Positions 7,888 to 17,924 of a stretch of DNA of 55,112 nt are shown piece by piece (the stretch's first letter is position 1; every line of letters begins with the position of its first letter). The notes beneath the pieces were generated by a model, which was not told the origin of the DNA, ran no database searches, and was given only the letters and a program-made list of their open reading frames with translations. Position numbers and translations under genes: made by a program. This DNA is from an uncultured Candidatus Saccharibacteria bacterium (GTDB taxonomy: Bacteria > Patescibacteriota > Saccharimonadia > Saccharimonadales > Saccharimonadaceae), in contig CAZEGC010000001.1 of assembly GCA_964511635.1 (NCBI GenBank), positions 1-55,112 on the forward strand, written 5' to 3'.

Positions 7888-8702
7888 GATTTTTTCTGAA
7901 CTGCTTTTTCAATCGCTTGCTGCCAGCCGAGGCAGACTGTTTGAGTGATTATGGGGATTAAAAACTGGTTGGTCTGTCTAGCTAAGCGCCGTGTCCAGCC
8001 ATTTTCAGTAAACTCTTCGTACATCCTGAGCGCTGCGACGTCTTTGACTGCTTGAAAAAATATTGCCTTAAATCCATCCTGCTGCAGACGAAGCATTGTC
8101 TCACCATCTGGCAGCGTGTCATCAAACTTACGCGAAGCAATTGTAGTTGCAATCCCTAACTCAAAGGTGAGGTGCGTTGTCATGACGCCTTTTGCGCCCC
8201 AAAATTCCCAGTTATTGCGAAGCATTTCGCGCTTGCTGGCACCAGGAATAATAACCTTTTCTTTTTTTGTATTGCGAGTCTCTAACCCCTCACCGCCGCG
8301 TAGTTCTGTTAGTTTTTCTTCCAGTGGATAGTGATGGGCAGGTGTCAGCCCATCAGTTATGGCGTGTGCCAGCCAGGCAGCCTCAAAAGCGGCTCGCTCT
8401 TTATTGCTGCTTTTAAGCGCAGCAGTTAAATTAGCGGTATGATCAACTATCATCTGCCACAAGGTGTCGTCATTTGGATCGCTAGGGTCAATGTAGTGCC
8501 AAGGCTCGTCCTTGCCTGGGCTTTTTCGTTTTATACCATCCGGCCCGTTCAAGCCTTCAAAGTGAAGGATTTCGGCAATCGATGGAAAATAAAAATTGTC
8601 AGGAATATGATGCTCGAGCTGACGTCTAGCAACTTTATCTATTTTTTGATGCACGCCCAGCACCCGACCTGACTTGACGCGAAATGTAGTTCCAGAATAC
8701 AT
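7884..8702 (-). CDS. Hypothetical protein; histidine-rich pattern weakly reminiscent of the zinc-dependent phospholipase C / P1 nuclease superfamily
   Basis: 272 aa. Spaced His/Asp motifs (WHYIDPSD, AHAITDGLTPAHH) give only weak motif-level resemblance. Confidence 0.3.
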   Translation of the reverse strand: MYSGTTFRVKSGRVLGVHQKIDKVARRQLEHHIPDNFYFPSIAEILHFEGLNGPDGIKRKSPGKDEPWHYIDPSDPNDDTLWQMIVDHTANLTAALKSSNKERAAFEAAWLAHAITDGLTPAHHYPLEEKLTELRGGEGLETRNTKKEKVIIPGASKREMLRNNWEFWGAKGVMTTHLTFELGIATTIASRKFDDTLPDGETMLRLQQDGFKAIFFQAVKDVAALRMYEEFTENGWTRRLARQTNQFLIPIITQTVCLGWQQAIEKAVQKKS

Positions 8703-8710
8703 GTTTTACT

Positions 8711-10744
8711 TTAATTCAGCGTTGTCAGGCGTTGATATTTCTTTACCTGCGCAGCTAGTTGCTTATATTGTAGCAGGTTGTCGCTATTTAATGCGAACTT
8801 CTTAGCCTGCACCTGGGCTCGGGCGATTAATTTTGTATCGCCTAGTGTTGCGACTTTTAAGTTTAACGCTCCATGCTGTGCATGACCGTACACCTCGCCT
8901 GGACCACGAAGCCTAAGGTCAACTTCGGCTAAATAAAACCCGTCATTAGACTTTTCTATGTGACGCAGGCGCTCGGTTGGCTTGCCGCTAGTGCTAGTAA
9001 CTAAATAGCAGTAGCTCTGGTGCTGACTACGACCCACTCTTCCGCGCAGCTGGTGCAGCTGACTTAGACCAAATCTATCAGCATCCTCGATTAGCATCGC
9101 CGTAGCATTAGGAACATCAACTCCCACTTCAACGACTGTTGTACTCACCAAAATATCGTACGCTCCACTGGCAAATTCCTGCATCACACTATCTTTTTCG
9201 CTAGACTTCATCTTGCCGTGCAGCAAACCTATGCTGCGGTGCCTAAACGCACCTTGACGTAACTTATCATACTCTGCCTGGACGCTCTTAGCTTCATTGT
9301 CCGGATTGTCGTCTATTAGACTGCAAATGACATAGGCTTGTCGTCCTTTAGCGATTTCTGCGTCAATTAACTTGTAGACTTGCGACCGCGAATTTGGCGA
9401 CCAAATCCTAGTCCTGATGGGCTTTCTGCCCTGGGGGCGCTCATTGATTATAGAAATATCTAGCTCGCCGTAAACCGTCAGAGCTAAGCTACGGGGGATA
9501 GGAGTAGCGGTCATTGCCAGAAGATGCGGCATTCTAGCTGACTTTTCCAGCAGGGCCTGCCGCTGCTTGACTCCGAACCGATGCTGCTCGTCAATTACCA
9601 CAAAGCCTAGCTTCCTAAAAGCTAGCTTGTCCTGAATTAAAGCGTGGGTGCCAATTACTACGTCAACTCTGCCCGACTCGATAGCCTCATAAAGCAGCTT
9701 CCTAGCAACACCCTTGACACTGCTAGTTAGAAGCCCAACTGACACCCCGAAAGGCGCCAGCAAGCTCGACAGGGTTTCGGCGTGTTGCGATGCTAAAATT
9801 TCAGTTGGCGCCATTAGGGCAGACTGGAAACCAGCCTGGGCGGCCTGCCGAGCGGCCAGCCCAGCTACGACTGTCTTGCCTGACCCAACGTCACCTTGCA
9901 GTAGGCGGTTCATCGGCGTAGACTTTTCAAAATCCTGCAGAATCTCCCAAGCAGCTAGTCTTTGAGCGTTGGTGAGTTTAAACGGCAAATTATCGACAAA
10001 CTTTTTGACTGTTAATTTATCAAATGGTATCAACCAGCCGTCTAATTTAATTATTTCCTGTCGATTTAGCTGGCTGGCTAGCAGTAGGCTAAACAGCTCC
10101 TCGAACGCTAGTCGCTGTTTAGCTTTGTCTATACCAGCCTGCGAGGTTGGAAAATGCATTTCAATAAGGGCGTCTGCACGAGTTAGCAGTTTTTCAGACT
10201 TAACAATAAAGTCTGGCAATGTTTCGGGTAGCATAGAAATTAACGGTCGCAGTTCAAGTATGATTTTTCTAATGGCTCTAGTTTTTAGTCCACGTACCTG
10301 ACGATATATCGGTACAATCACCTCACTCGACTTATCAATGTCGCCTGCCTGCTCGGCACTAGGGTTCATCAGTTGATAGCGATTATAATTAAACTCGTAA
10401 CTACCGGAAAAATAAAATTCTTCGCTACTTTTTGACAGTTGGGCTGCGCGATATGGCTGATTGAACCAGACAGCTTTGATCTTTCCTGTGCCATCAGTCA
10501 AAGTTGCTGTAGTTACCCTAAGTCCACGTCGTACAGACCTGGTTTCAATTTTTTCGCATCTGGCTTTTAGGGTGATACGTCCTGGCTTTATATCTGATAT
10601 CGCGTCAACACTTGAATAGTCATCAAAAGTACGCGGGAAAAAATTGATCAAATCCCCGACTGTAAGTATTTGAGCATCACGTAAGCAAGCAGCGGTCTTT
10701 GGTCCGACGCCTTTTATATTATCTATCGGAGTAAGCAAGTTCAT
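8711..10744 (-). CDS. recG: ATP-dependent DNA helicase RecG
   Basis: 677 aa. It has an N-terminal wedge/OB region, Walker A GDVGSGKT, DEQH box VIDEQHRFG, and the C-terminal motifs QLHQLRGRVGR. Confidence 0.9.
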   Translation of the reverse strand: MNLLTPIDNIKGVGPKTAACLRDAQILTVGDLINFFPRTFDDYSSVDAISDIKPGRITLKARCEKIETRSVRRGLRVTTATLTDGTGKIKAVWFNQPYRAAQLSKSSEEFYFSGSYEFNYNRYQLMNPSAEQAGDIDKSSEVIVPIYRQVRGLKTRAIRKIILELRPLISMLPETLPDFIVKSEKLLTRADALIEMHFPTSQAGIDKAKQRLAFEELFSLLLASQLNRQEIIKLDGWLIPFDKLTVKKFVDNLPFKLTNAQRLAAWEILQDFEKSTPMNRLLQGDVGSGKTVVAGLAARQAAQAGFQSALMAPTEILASQHAETLSSLLAPFGVSVGLLTSSVKGVARKLLYEAIESGRVDVVIGTHALIQDKLAFRKLGFVVIDEQHRFGVKQRQALLEKSARMPHLLAMTATPIPRSLALTVYGELDISIINERPQGRKPIRTRIWSPNSRSQVYKLIDAEIAKGRQAYVICSLIDDNPDNEAKSVQAEYDKLRQGAFRHRSIGLLHGKMKSSEKDSVMQEFASGAYDILVSTTVVEVGVDVPNATAMLIEDADRFGLSQLHQLRGRVGRSQHQSYCYLVTSTSGKPTERLRHIEKSNDGFYLAEVDLRLRGPGEVYGHAQHGALNLKVATLGDTKLIARAQVQAKKFALNSDNLLQYKQLAAQVKKYQRLTTLN

Positions 10745-10751
10745 ACTACTT

Positions 10752-10760
10752 ATTCTATCA
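10752..10760 (-). promoter_or_regulatory. Extended -10 element TGATAGAAT, 7 nt upstream of the recG ATG
   Basis: The minus strand reads TGA TAGAAT AAGTAGT ATG, with no SD motif. Confidence 0.45.
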
Positions 10761-10791
10761 GTGATAAGTAGTATGAGTTAAATGAATCTGC

Positions 10792-11553
10792 CTACTGAGT
10801 GACTCCAAGAATACCTTCAATCACCAAAGCCGTATCCTCCCAGCCGTCAACTGCAATCGTATCTATTCCCATGGCTTTTACTGGATAGTCGTTGCCGCCC
10901 TCCTCTAGCTTGTCACCTATAAACAAAATATTTTCTTTACCGATTTCTAAGGCGTCCATGAGTTTTCGCATACCATAGGCCTTGTCGATTCCGATGCGAG
11001 TAATGTCCACACTAGTAGTCCCGCCTAAGCGAACTTCTAGGTTAGGCAGCTGCTGTGCAACCATATCGCGTAGCTTATGCTTGGCAGCGTCGTTTTTCTC
11101 TGCCCACTCGTATTTCTTTTCAGCAGGCGCTTGTTGACCCAGGGCGGAATAGGTCACTTGACTGCCCCGGTCTTCAATTATTTCGCCGTAAGGCTTATCT
11201 ACCCATATGCCCACTTCTTTGGCACTACTTTTTAGAGTGGATATGATTTTACTTTTCTCATCATTCGTTAAGTCTTCTGAGTATTGCAGCTTCCAATCTT
11301 TATTTAACTCGTCGTATCGATAATACCTAGTGCCGCAAGTCGGCATTAAGTGCATACGATTTAATTTATGGGCCGGAACCTCTAGTCGATCCACCACCTG
11401 CATCATAAATTGTTCGATTTTACCACCAGAAATGATACAGACATCATAGTGCTCTAGCAACTTAGCAAGTAGCTCCCCCATGCGATCTGACATGGGCGAT
11501 TTAGTAACTGATAATGTGTCGTCTAGGTCAAAAGCGATTACTTGTTTCGTCAT
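10792..11553 (-). CDS. HAD-IIB family hydrolase (sugar-phosphatase / phosphomannomutase-like fold)
   Basis: 253 aa with HAD motif I FDLDDTL and motif IV GDKLEEGGNDYP. Confidence 0.7.
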   Translation of the reverse strand: MTKQVIAFDLDDTLSVTKSPMSDRMGELLAKLLEHYDVCIISGGKIEQFMMQVVDRLEVPAHKLNRMHLMPTCGTRYYRYDELNKDWKLQYSEDLTNDEKSKIISTLKSSAKEVGIWVDKPYGEIIEDRGSQVTYSALGQQAPAEKKYEWAEKNDAAKHKLRDMVAQQLPNLEVRLGGTTSVDITRIGIDKAYGMRKLMDALEIGKENILFIGDKLEEGGNDYPVKAMGIDTIAVDGWEDTALVIEGILGVTQ

Positions 11554-11560
11554 AGGCTAC

Positions 11561-11569
11561 ATTGTAACA
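11561..11569 (-). promoter_or_regulatory. Extended -10 element TGTTACAAT, 7 nt upstream of the HAD hydrolase ATG
   Basis: The minus strand reads TGT TACAAT GTAGCCT ATG. Confidence 0.45.
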
Positions 11570-11587
11570 AATTAGCCTAAGAGATTG

Positions 11588-12802
11588 CTAGCGAACCAGA
11601 ATAAAGGTGTTTTTACCTTTTTTTATCAAACTACTGCTAGCTATTTTCGCGTCATGGCTTGTCTTCTTGCCATTTATAGATATAGCTCCACCTTCGATCA
11701 GACGCCTAGCCTGACTGTTGCTACTAACGACCTTTGATTCTATTAGTGAAGATACTAAAGTTTGACCAACTGAAACAGTTGGAATCTCTGATGAAAGCGC
11801 TTCGATGTCGCCAGGCGTCAGGTTGGTAAAATCTTCTCTTCCGAATAGAACATCTGTAACGCGGATAACGGTTTCGGTGCGCTGCTTGCCATGTACTAGC
11901 GTGGTTACCTCGCGAGCTAAAGTCCTTTGCGCCAGTCTTGCGCCTGGATCTTCCTGATGCTTAGCGGCCAGCTCCTCGACCTCGGCTTTTGGAAGCAGCG
12001 TATAGATTTTTATATAGTCAATCACGCCAGCGTCGTCTAGGTTTAACCAGAACTGGTAAAACTTATAAACACTTGTCATTTCAGGGTCAAGCCAAACAGC
12101 ACCTCCTTCAGACTTACCAAACTTACGGCCGGTGGCCCTATTAATAACGAGTGGCGTAGAATATACATGTGCTTCGCGGCCTTCGATGCGTCGAATCAAG
12201 TCCACTCCCGCCAGTGAATTGCCCCACTGATCCGCACCGCACAGCTGAAGCGTCACTCCATACTCACGGTTTAAGTGCAAAAAATCATAGCCTTGAACCA
12301 GGGCATAGCTAAATTCAGCGTAACTAATTCCTGCCCCACCCTCACCTAGCCTAGACTGTACGAACTCACGACTCATCATCTGACTCATCGGCACATGCTT
12401 GCCCACATCACGCAAAAACTGCAAGTAGCCTACGTCCTTAAACCAATCATAATTATCAATAAGTTCAAAACTTTTACCAGAAAAGATTTGCTGATACTGC
12501 GCTGCAATACCAGCTTTATTTTCAGCTATTTCTTCGAATGTTTTTTGTTTTCGCTCATCCTGCCTACCATCAGGGTCGCCAATTAATCCAGTTGCACCGC
12601 CAACTAGCAGGTAGCCTTTGTGCCCATAATCGATAAAATGACGCACCATCATAGCTGACCCTAAATTCCCAATCGTCATTGAACTAGCGCTCGGGTCGAC
12701 TCCGAAATAAAACGAAATCGAGCCATTGTCAAGCGCTGATACGTCATCAAATGTAGTCTGGTTAATAAAGCCGCGCCACTGTAATTCTTCGGATAAAGTC
12801 AT
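11588..12802 (-). CDS. tyrS: Tyrosyl-tRNA synthetase
   Basis: It has class I motifs (a GVDPSASSMTIGNL HIGH-like region and KFGKSEG, which is KMSKS-like) and a C-terminal S4 domain. I place the start at Met45 of the tracked ORF (MTLSEELQWRGF, ATG at 12802). The longer form would run through its own promoter and the divergent PBP promoter. Confidence 0.85.
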   Translation of the reverse strand: MTLSEELQWRGFINQTTFDDVSALDNGSISFYFGVDPSASSMTIGNLGSAMMVRHFIDYGHKGYLLVGGATGLIGDPDGRQDERKQKTFEEIAENKAGIAAQYQQIFSGKSFELIDNYDWFKDVGYLQFLRDVGKHVPMSQMMSREFVQSRLGEGGAGISYAEFSYALVQGYDFLHLNREYGVTLQLCGADQWGNSLAGVDLIRRIEGREAHVYSTPLVINRATGRKFGKSEGGAVWLDPEMTSVYKFYQFWLNLDDAGVIDYIKIYTLLPKAEVEELAAKHQEDPGARLAQRTLAREVTTLVHGKQRTETVIRVTDVLFGREDFTNLTPGDIEALSSEIPTVSVGQTLVSSLIESKVVSSNSQARRLIEGGAISINGKKTSHDAKIASSSLIKKGKNTFILVR

Positions 12803-12833
12803 TTGTCTGCCTTTACTTAATTTACCTCTATTA

Positions 12834-12842
12834 ATTATATCA
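12834..12842 (-). promoter_or_regulatory. Extended -10 element TGATATAAT for tyrS (31-nt leader with an AAAGG SD)
   Basis: The minus strand reads TGA TATAAT TAATAGAGGTAAATTAAGTAAAGGCAGACAA ATG. Confidence 0.5.
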
Positions 12843-12869
12843 GAAAAGCTACTGACAGCCGGAGATAAG

Positions 12870-12878
12870 TGATATAAT
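12870..12878 (+). promoter_or_regulatory. Extended -10 element TGATATAAT for the PBP gene (31-nt leader with a GAGGG SD)
   Basis: TGATATAAT at 12870-12878, GAGGG at 12896-12900, GTG start at 12910. Confidence 0.5.
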
Positions 12879-12909
12879 AGTGTCATTAATTCGATGAGGG
12901 AAAAGACAC

Positions 12910-15570
12910 GTGGGTAAAAAACGAACAAAGTCACGCAATATGAGCGTGTATTCTAATCTTGTGCGACGTCGAAAAGTAAAAAAAGACGCATCAGCTAGAA
13001 AAAAGGCCGAGTACCTAGCGAGCCTGCCAAAGCATCCTGTAAAGCGGTTTTTTTACCGCATGAGCCCGAAGCGTTTTTTCAAGTTCTGGTTCAGCAAAGA
13101 AGGTGCTGCCTTAGCGCTTAAGATATCTGGCGTGGCGATTTTAGTCATGGCTCTGCTGGTTGGGGCGCTGTTTGCCTATTACCGACGAGAACTAGACGCC
13201 ATTAGACCTGGTGAAATAGCTAAACGGGTTCAAACTACTGTCACAAAATACTACGATCGAAACGATAAGTTGCTGTGGGAAGACCATGGCGATGGTGATT
13301 ATAAATTAGTAGTTGATAGTAGCGAAATTAATGACGAAATAAAACTGGCTACGATTGCAATCGAAGACAGGGAGTTCTATAACCACAGCGGGGTGAGTTT
13401 AAGTGGGATCATCCGCTCGGCGATTAACAATGCTCGCGGTAACGAAATTCAAGGTGGCTCAACCCTCACGCAGCAGTTAGTCAAGCAGGTATTCTTTGCT
13501 GACGAAGCGGGCAATCGTGGCCTAGGAGGAATCCCGCGCAAAATAAAAGAGGTTATCTTAGCGATAGAAGTCGAGCGCATGTACGACAAAGAGCAAATTT
13601 TAACCTTATACCTCAACGAGAGTCCTTACGGTGGGCGTCGAAATGGAGTTCAGTCAGGCGCTCAAACATACTTTGGCAAAAACGCCAAAGAGCTTACACT
13701 GGCCGAAGCGGCGCTACTTGCGGCCATACCGAACCAGCCTGGGCTATATAATCCATACAATACCGCTGGCCATGATGCCTTGATTAGACGCCAGCACAGG
13801 GTACTAAGCGCAATGGTAGAAACGGGCAAGATCACCCAGGAGGAAGCTGATAGGGCTAAAAAAGTAGCAATCCTGGACTCGATCCGTCCAGAATCAGATT
13901 TATATAAAGACCTGAAGGCACCGCACTTCGTTCAAATGGTACGAAGCGAACTTCAGAAAGAATTAGGTGAAGCTACCGTAGGGCGCGGCGGCTTAATAGT
14001 GAAAACTACCTTGGATCTACGAATCCAGAACAAGCTAGAGGGGTCCGTTAATAATATGTTCTCATCAGGCTCGCCAGAGGCTAATGGTTTTACTAATGGC
14101 GCCGCTACTGTCGAAGATGTTAAGACGGGTAACGTTATAGCTATGGTAGGGAGCCGTGACTTTAACTATCCAGGCTACGGCCAGGACAATGCTGCGATCG
14201 CCTATATCCAGCCTGGCTCGTCAATTAAGCCTTTGGTTTATGCCGAGCTCTTAAAGGATAGGGGCGAAGCTGAGCAGAATTTTGGCAGCGGCACAATCAT
14301 ACCAGATAGAAACATTGACAATATATATGGTGCCCCCTTGAGGAACGCCGACAGACGCTTTTTAGGCAATATTACTCTGCGTGATGGTTTGGCACTTTCT
14401 AGAAATATTCCAGCTGTTACAGCCATGAATACTACCGGCATAAAGCCTGCCATCGAAACAATTCACGAACTAGGCAACAAGAGCTACTGCACCCAGGGTG
14501 TAGATACTACCGTCCAGCTGTCCGCCGCTATCGGTGGATGTGGCGCCAGGCAGGTGGAGCACGTCAACGCCTTTGGCACCTTAGCCCGCATGGGAGTATA
14601 CAAACCATACAGCAGTGTGCTTGAAGTTAAAAATAACCAGGGAGAGGTGCTCCAAAAATGGGAAGATGACGCAAAGCGCGTAATAGACGAGCAAATTCCC
14701 TACATAATCAGCGACATCCTGGCTGACTCAAATGCTCGAGCTGGACTATTTGGTCGCAACGTTCCCGGATTTGACATCCCAGGGGTAAGGACAGCCACAA
14801 AAACCGGAACCTCCGACGTTGACGGCAAGCCCAAAGACCTATGGATGATGAGCTATAGCCCAGCGATTGCAATGGGCGTTTGGCTAGGCAACTCGGACAC
14901 TCGTCCACTTTCATCAGGCAACTCGACCCTACCGGGCCCTATCATCCATGATGTTATGAGCTTTGCACACACTGAAATCTACATGGCTGAAGAAAAGTGG
15001 CAACCGGGCGACTGGTTCCAGCAACCTGAGGGAATTCAGGTAATAGGCGGCGAACTATACCCCAGCTGGTATCGACGTGATCAAGACGATTTAAATGCTA
15101 AGTTAACGTTTGATAAAGTTTCAAAAAAGATTGCAACCGACTGCACCCCGCCAGGTGCCAGAGAAGAGATAGCTGTACGTAAAAATATCGACCCGATCAC
15201 CAAACGCGATATATATATTGCACCAGCAGGTTATAACGCGAACGAAGAAGATGATGTCCACAAATGTAGCGACACCAAGCCGCGCATAAACAGCATTACA
15301 ACCTCACACGTTAGCGGTAACACATACAGCATTACGGTATCTATCCGGCAGGGTACTCATAAACTAGAAAACCTAGAGATTAAATCCGGCAGTACAGTAA
15401 TCGGGAATATACCCGTTAGTAGTAGTGGCAACCATTCAGCTACACACGTATTTGACGGCCGCGGTCGTCAATCTATAACAGCTAGCGTGCGCGATACTGC
15501 GTATTACGTAGGCGAATCCTCAACTAGCTTTACACCCAGACCTGACTCGTCTCGTGACGACGATGACTAG
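12910..15570 (+). CDS. Class A penicillin-binding protein (bifunctional glycosyltransferase/transpeptidase) with a C-terminal extension
   Basis: 886 aa with a GTG start. It has an N-terminal TM helix, GT51 motifs (EDREFYNHSGV, GGSTLTQQL, RKIKE), transpeptidase SxxK (GSSIKP) and KTGT, and roughly 200 aa of extra C-terminal sequence ending in an acidic tail. Confidence 0.9.
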   Translation: MGKKRTKSRNMSVYSNLVRRRKVKKDASARKKAEYLASLPKHPVKRFFYRMSPKRFFKFWFSKEGAALALKISGVAILVMALLVGALFAYYRRELDAIRPGEIAKRVQTTVTKYYDRNDKLLWEDHGDGDYKLVVDSSEINDEIKLATIAIEDREFYNHSGVSLSGIIRSAINNARGNEIQGGSTLTQQLVKQVFFADEAGNRGLGGIPRKIKEVILAIEVERMYDKEQILTLYLNESPYGGRRNGVQSGAQTYFGKNAKELTLAEAALLAAIPNQPGLYNPYNTAGHDALIRRQHRVLSAMVETGKITQEEADRAKKVAILDSIRPESDLYKDLKAPHFVQMVRSELQKELGEATVGRGGLIVKTTLDLRIQNKLEGSVNNMFSSGSPEANGFTNGAATVEDVKTGNVIAMVGSRDFNYPGYGQDNAAIAYIQPGSSIKPLVYAELLKDRGEAEQNFGSGTIIPDRNIDNIYGAPLRNADRRFLGNITLRDGLALSRNIPAVTAMNTTGIKPAIETIHELGNKSYCTQGVDTTVQLSAAIGGCGARQVEHVNAFGTLARMGVYKPYSSVLEVKNNQGEVLQKWEDDAKRVIDEQIPYIISDILADSNARAGLFGRNVPGFDIPGVRTATKTGTSDVDGKPKDLWMMSYSPAIAMGVWLGNSDTRPLSSGNSTLPGPIIHDVMSFAHTEIYMAEEKWQPGDWFQQPEGIQVIGGELYPSWYRRDQDDLNAKLTFDKVSKKIATDCTPPGAREEIAVRKNIDPITKRDIYIAPAGYNANEEDDVHKCSDTKPRINSITTSHVSGNTYSITVSIRQGTHKLENLEIKSGSTVIGNIPVSSSGNHSATHVFDGRGRQSITASVRDTAYYVGESSTSFTPRPDSSRDDDD

Positions 15571-15618
15571 GTCACACTAGGCAAGAGGGCTCTTCGCTTA
15601 TGCATAAAGAGTACGGTC

Positions 15619-16554
15619 TTAGTCCTTGGCGTTCCTAGCGACAAGTTGCATTAAGTCATCTTCTTTCTGATTTAGTGACTTCCTCTGCCGGCTTTTTACG
15701 CCATCACCCCTGACGGGCTTTGAAGGCTGGCTGTTCTTACTGCGTGAATTCTGTTTTTTCGATTTGTCATTATTTTTACCGCCGCCTGTGAGCTTAACTT
15801 TGGAGGTGATTTTATTAGCTAGCGACTTCTTGTTAGCACTTGATTTAGTCTTAGTAGCACTGACCGAAGGATCTGATAACTTTGCAAACATCATTTTGCC
15901 TGCGGCAGTTTGAAGACTACGAATAAATTCAATTTCGATTTTCTTGCCTATAAACTTACTGGCGTTTTCTACTACTACCATCGTCCCGTCTTTGAGGTGC
16001 CCAATTGCCTGGTGACCATCCTGACCCTCGCTAGTTAGTTCTAGCATCATCTTTTCACCTGGCAAGTAGGCCATCCGTAGGCTCTGCGCTAATTCATTAA
16101 CATTTAAAACTTCGATTTTTTCAACTTTGGCAACCTTGTTTAAGTTAAAGTCGATGGTGCAGATAGCGGCACCGCTATCCTTGGCTAAGGCAAGCAACCG
16201 TTCATCAACGCCCTCTGCGGCCTTACTGCCGTCTTGTAAAATTTCAACTCGCACTTCGGGTATATCTTGCAAAAGCTTGATAACGTCCAGCCCGTATCTC
16301 GCCCGAGCACGCTTATCGGCATCTCCGACGTCTGCTAGTAGCTGAAGCTCGCCTACTACGCTCCTGGGCACGACCAGCCTATCTCCCACAAAACCCGATT
16401 CTGCCACCGCAATAATGCGACCATCAATCAAAACAGATGTATCAAGTAGTATCATGCGATCATTTTTTCCATTTTTACTACGAGGTAATTTGTAAATAAC
16501 AAATGAGGTCTGCAGTAAAATAACCACGAGCATTACTAATATTAAATTTTCCAT
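15619..16554 (-). CDS. PIN/TRAM-domain protein (YacL-like) with a lysine/serine-rich tail
   Basis: 311 aa. It has an N-terminal TM helix, a PIN core (ILLDTSVLIDGR ... TIDFNLNKVA) and a TRAM-like segment (GKKIEIEFIRSLQTAAGKMMFAKL). Its position directly after radA matches Firmicutes. Confidence 0.75.
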   Translation of the reverse strand: MENLILVMLVVILLQTSFVIYKLPRSKNGKNDRMILLDTSVLIDGRIIAVAESGFVGDRLVVPRSVVGELQLLADVGDADKRARARYGLDVIKLLQDIPEVRVEILQDGSKAAEGVDERLLALAKDSGAAICTIDFNLNKVAKVEKIEVLNVNELAQSLRMAYLPGEKMMLELTSEGQDGHQAIGHLKDGTMVVVENASKFIGKKIEIEFIRSLQTAAGKMMFAKLSDPSVSATKTKSSANKKSLANKITSKVKLTGGGKNNDKSKKQNSRSKNSQPSKPVRGDGVKSRQRKSLNQKEDDLMQLVARNAKD

Positions 16555-16565
16555 ATTTTTATCCT

Positions 16566-17918
16566 TTACTGTAAATAATCTATCAATGCCTGCCTGAGGG
16601 AGCCAACTTGATGATAGAACTTATCTTTTTTATTGTTTCTAGGTGAAATTGCGCTAGTAAATCCTAGTTTTTTTGCCTCACTCGCTCGTCGGTCAATACT
16701 AAGGACAGAGCGCACCTCACCACCCAATCCAACCTCACCAAATACGACAATTTTATCATCTAGCTTGCGCCCTGCCGCCGCACTGGCGATTGCCATGCAG
16801 ATAGCTAAATCTGCAGCAGGGTCATTAAGTCGCAGGCCTCCGACTACGTTAATATAAACATCTTTATCGCTAAGGTTTAACTTGGTCCGCTTTTCTAACA
16901 CTGCAATTAACAGGTTAAGTCGATTCAAATCAAACCCAGAGGCGGTGCGCTTTGGATAGCCAAAACTGGTTGTATTAACTAGCGCTTGTATTTCCACCAA
17001 CAAGGGCCTAGTTCCTTCAAGCGTTGCTAGCACTATAGACCCGTCTTCGTTTTGACGCTCCGAAAGTAGTGCAGCGGAAGGATTTTCAACCACCTTTAAG
17101 CCCTTTTCGTACATTTCAAATATGGCAGCTTCGTTAGTAGATCCAAAACGATTCTTGACGGCTCGCACAACCTTAAAGCCACCATATCGATCGCCCTCAA
17201 ACTGCAATACAACATCGACTAAGTGCTCTAACACTTTTGGACCTGCGATGGCGCCCTCTTTGGTGACGTGGCCAACAAAAATAACTGCAGTACTGGCCTC
17301 TTTAGCGGCACGAATTATCACATTACTGCTATTAGTGATCTGGCTAACAGTGCCGGGTGCCGAGGTGATTTCGTCCAAACTTAAAGTCTGGATTGAATCT
17401 ATTATTACAAGCTTGTAGCCGCCGGATCGAATCGTCGCTGCAATGTCATCAGCACTGGTGCTAGAAGCAAAGCTCAGGCTCCCAGATTCATCCGCCCCCA
17501 GCCTCGATGCGCGAAGTTTGACCTGACTAGCCGACTCTTCACCACTGACATACAAGACGGGCTGAGAGTTTGCTACCATGGCAGTCACTTGAAGCAAAAG
17601 CGTGCTCTTTCCCATCCCAGGCTGCCCCGCTAGCAGCGTAACACTCCCAGGTAACACCCCGCCACCTAGGACTAGATCAAGCTCGTCAAGCCCCGTCTTC
17701 ATACGCCTGGCACTAGATTCAGCCTCTATGTCTTGAATGGAAGCCACTTTAAGTGCTTTACCGCTAGATGCGCTTCTCGAAACTACAGATTTTCCACCTG
17801 AGATTATTTGCTCGACCAGTGTATTCCACTGACCGCAGTTGTCACACTTGCCTGTCCACTTGGGATAAGTAGCGCCGCAATTTTGGCAAACATAATTTGA
17901 TTTGGATTTAGCCATCAC
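16566..17918 (-). CDS. radA: DNA repair protein RadA/Sms
   Basis: 450 aa. It has an N-terminal Zn finger (CQNCG...CDNCGQW), Walker A GQPGMGKST, the KNRFG motif and a Lon-like C-terminal domain. Confidence 0.9.
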   Translation of the reverse strand: MMAKSKSNYVCQNCGATYPKWTGKCDNCGQWNTLVEQIISGGKSVVSRSASSGKALKVASIQDIEAESSARRMKTGLDELDLVLGGGVLPGSVTLLAGQPGMGKSTLLLQVTAMVANSQPVLYVSGEESASQVKLRASRLGADESGSLSFASSTSADDIAATIRSGGYKLVIIDSIQTLSLDEITSAPGTVSQITNSSNVIIRAAKEASTAVIFVGHVTKEGAIAGPKVLEHLVDVVLQFEGDRYGGFKVVRAVKNRFGSTNEAAIFEMYEKGLKVVENPSAALLSERQNEDGSIVLATLEGTRPLLVEIQALVNTTSFGYPKRTASGFDLNRLNLLIAVLEKRTKLNLSDKDVYINVVGGLRLNDPAADLAICMAIASAAAGRKLDDKIVVFGEVGLGGEVRSVLSIDRRASEAKKLGFTSAISPRNNKKDKFYHQVGSLRQALIDYLQ

Positions 17919-17924
17919 GCCTTA

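Noticed and set aside
12803-12909. T-box leader upstream of tyrS (and of hisS at 2899-2952)
   Set aside because: The upstream regions are only 107 and 54 nt and are occupied by promoters. That is too short for the specifier and antiterminator architecture of a T-box.
11588-12934. Long N-terminal extensions of tracked ORFs (tyrS to 12934, fba to 48664, rel TTG at 52725, nusA to 22677, gap GTG at 52621, galU ATG at 37250)
   Set aside because: The extensions run through mapped -10 elements or neighbouring genes, add non-homologous residues, and leave better-placed internal starts with SD or leaderless geometry.
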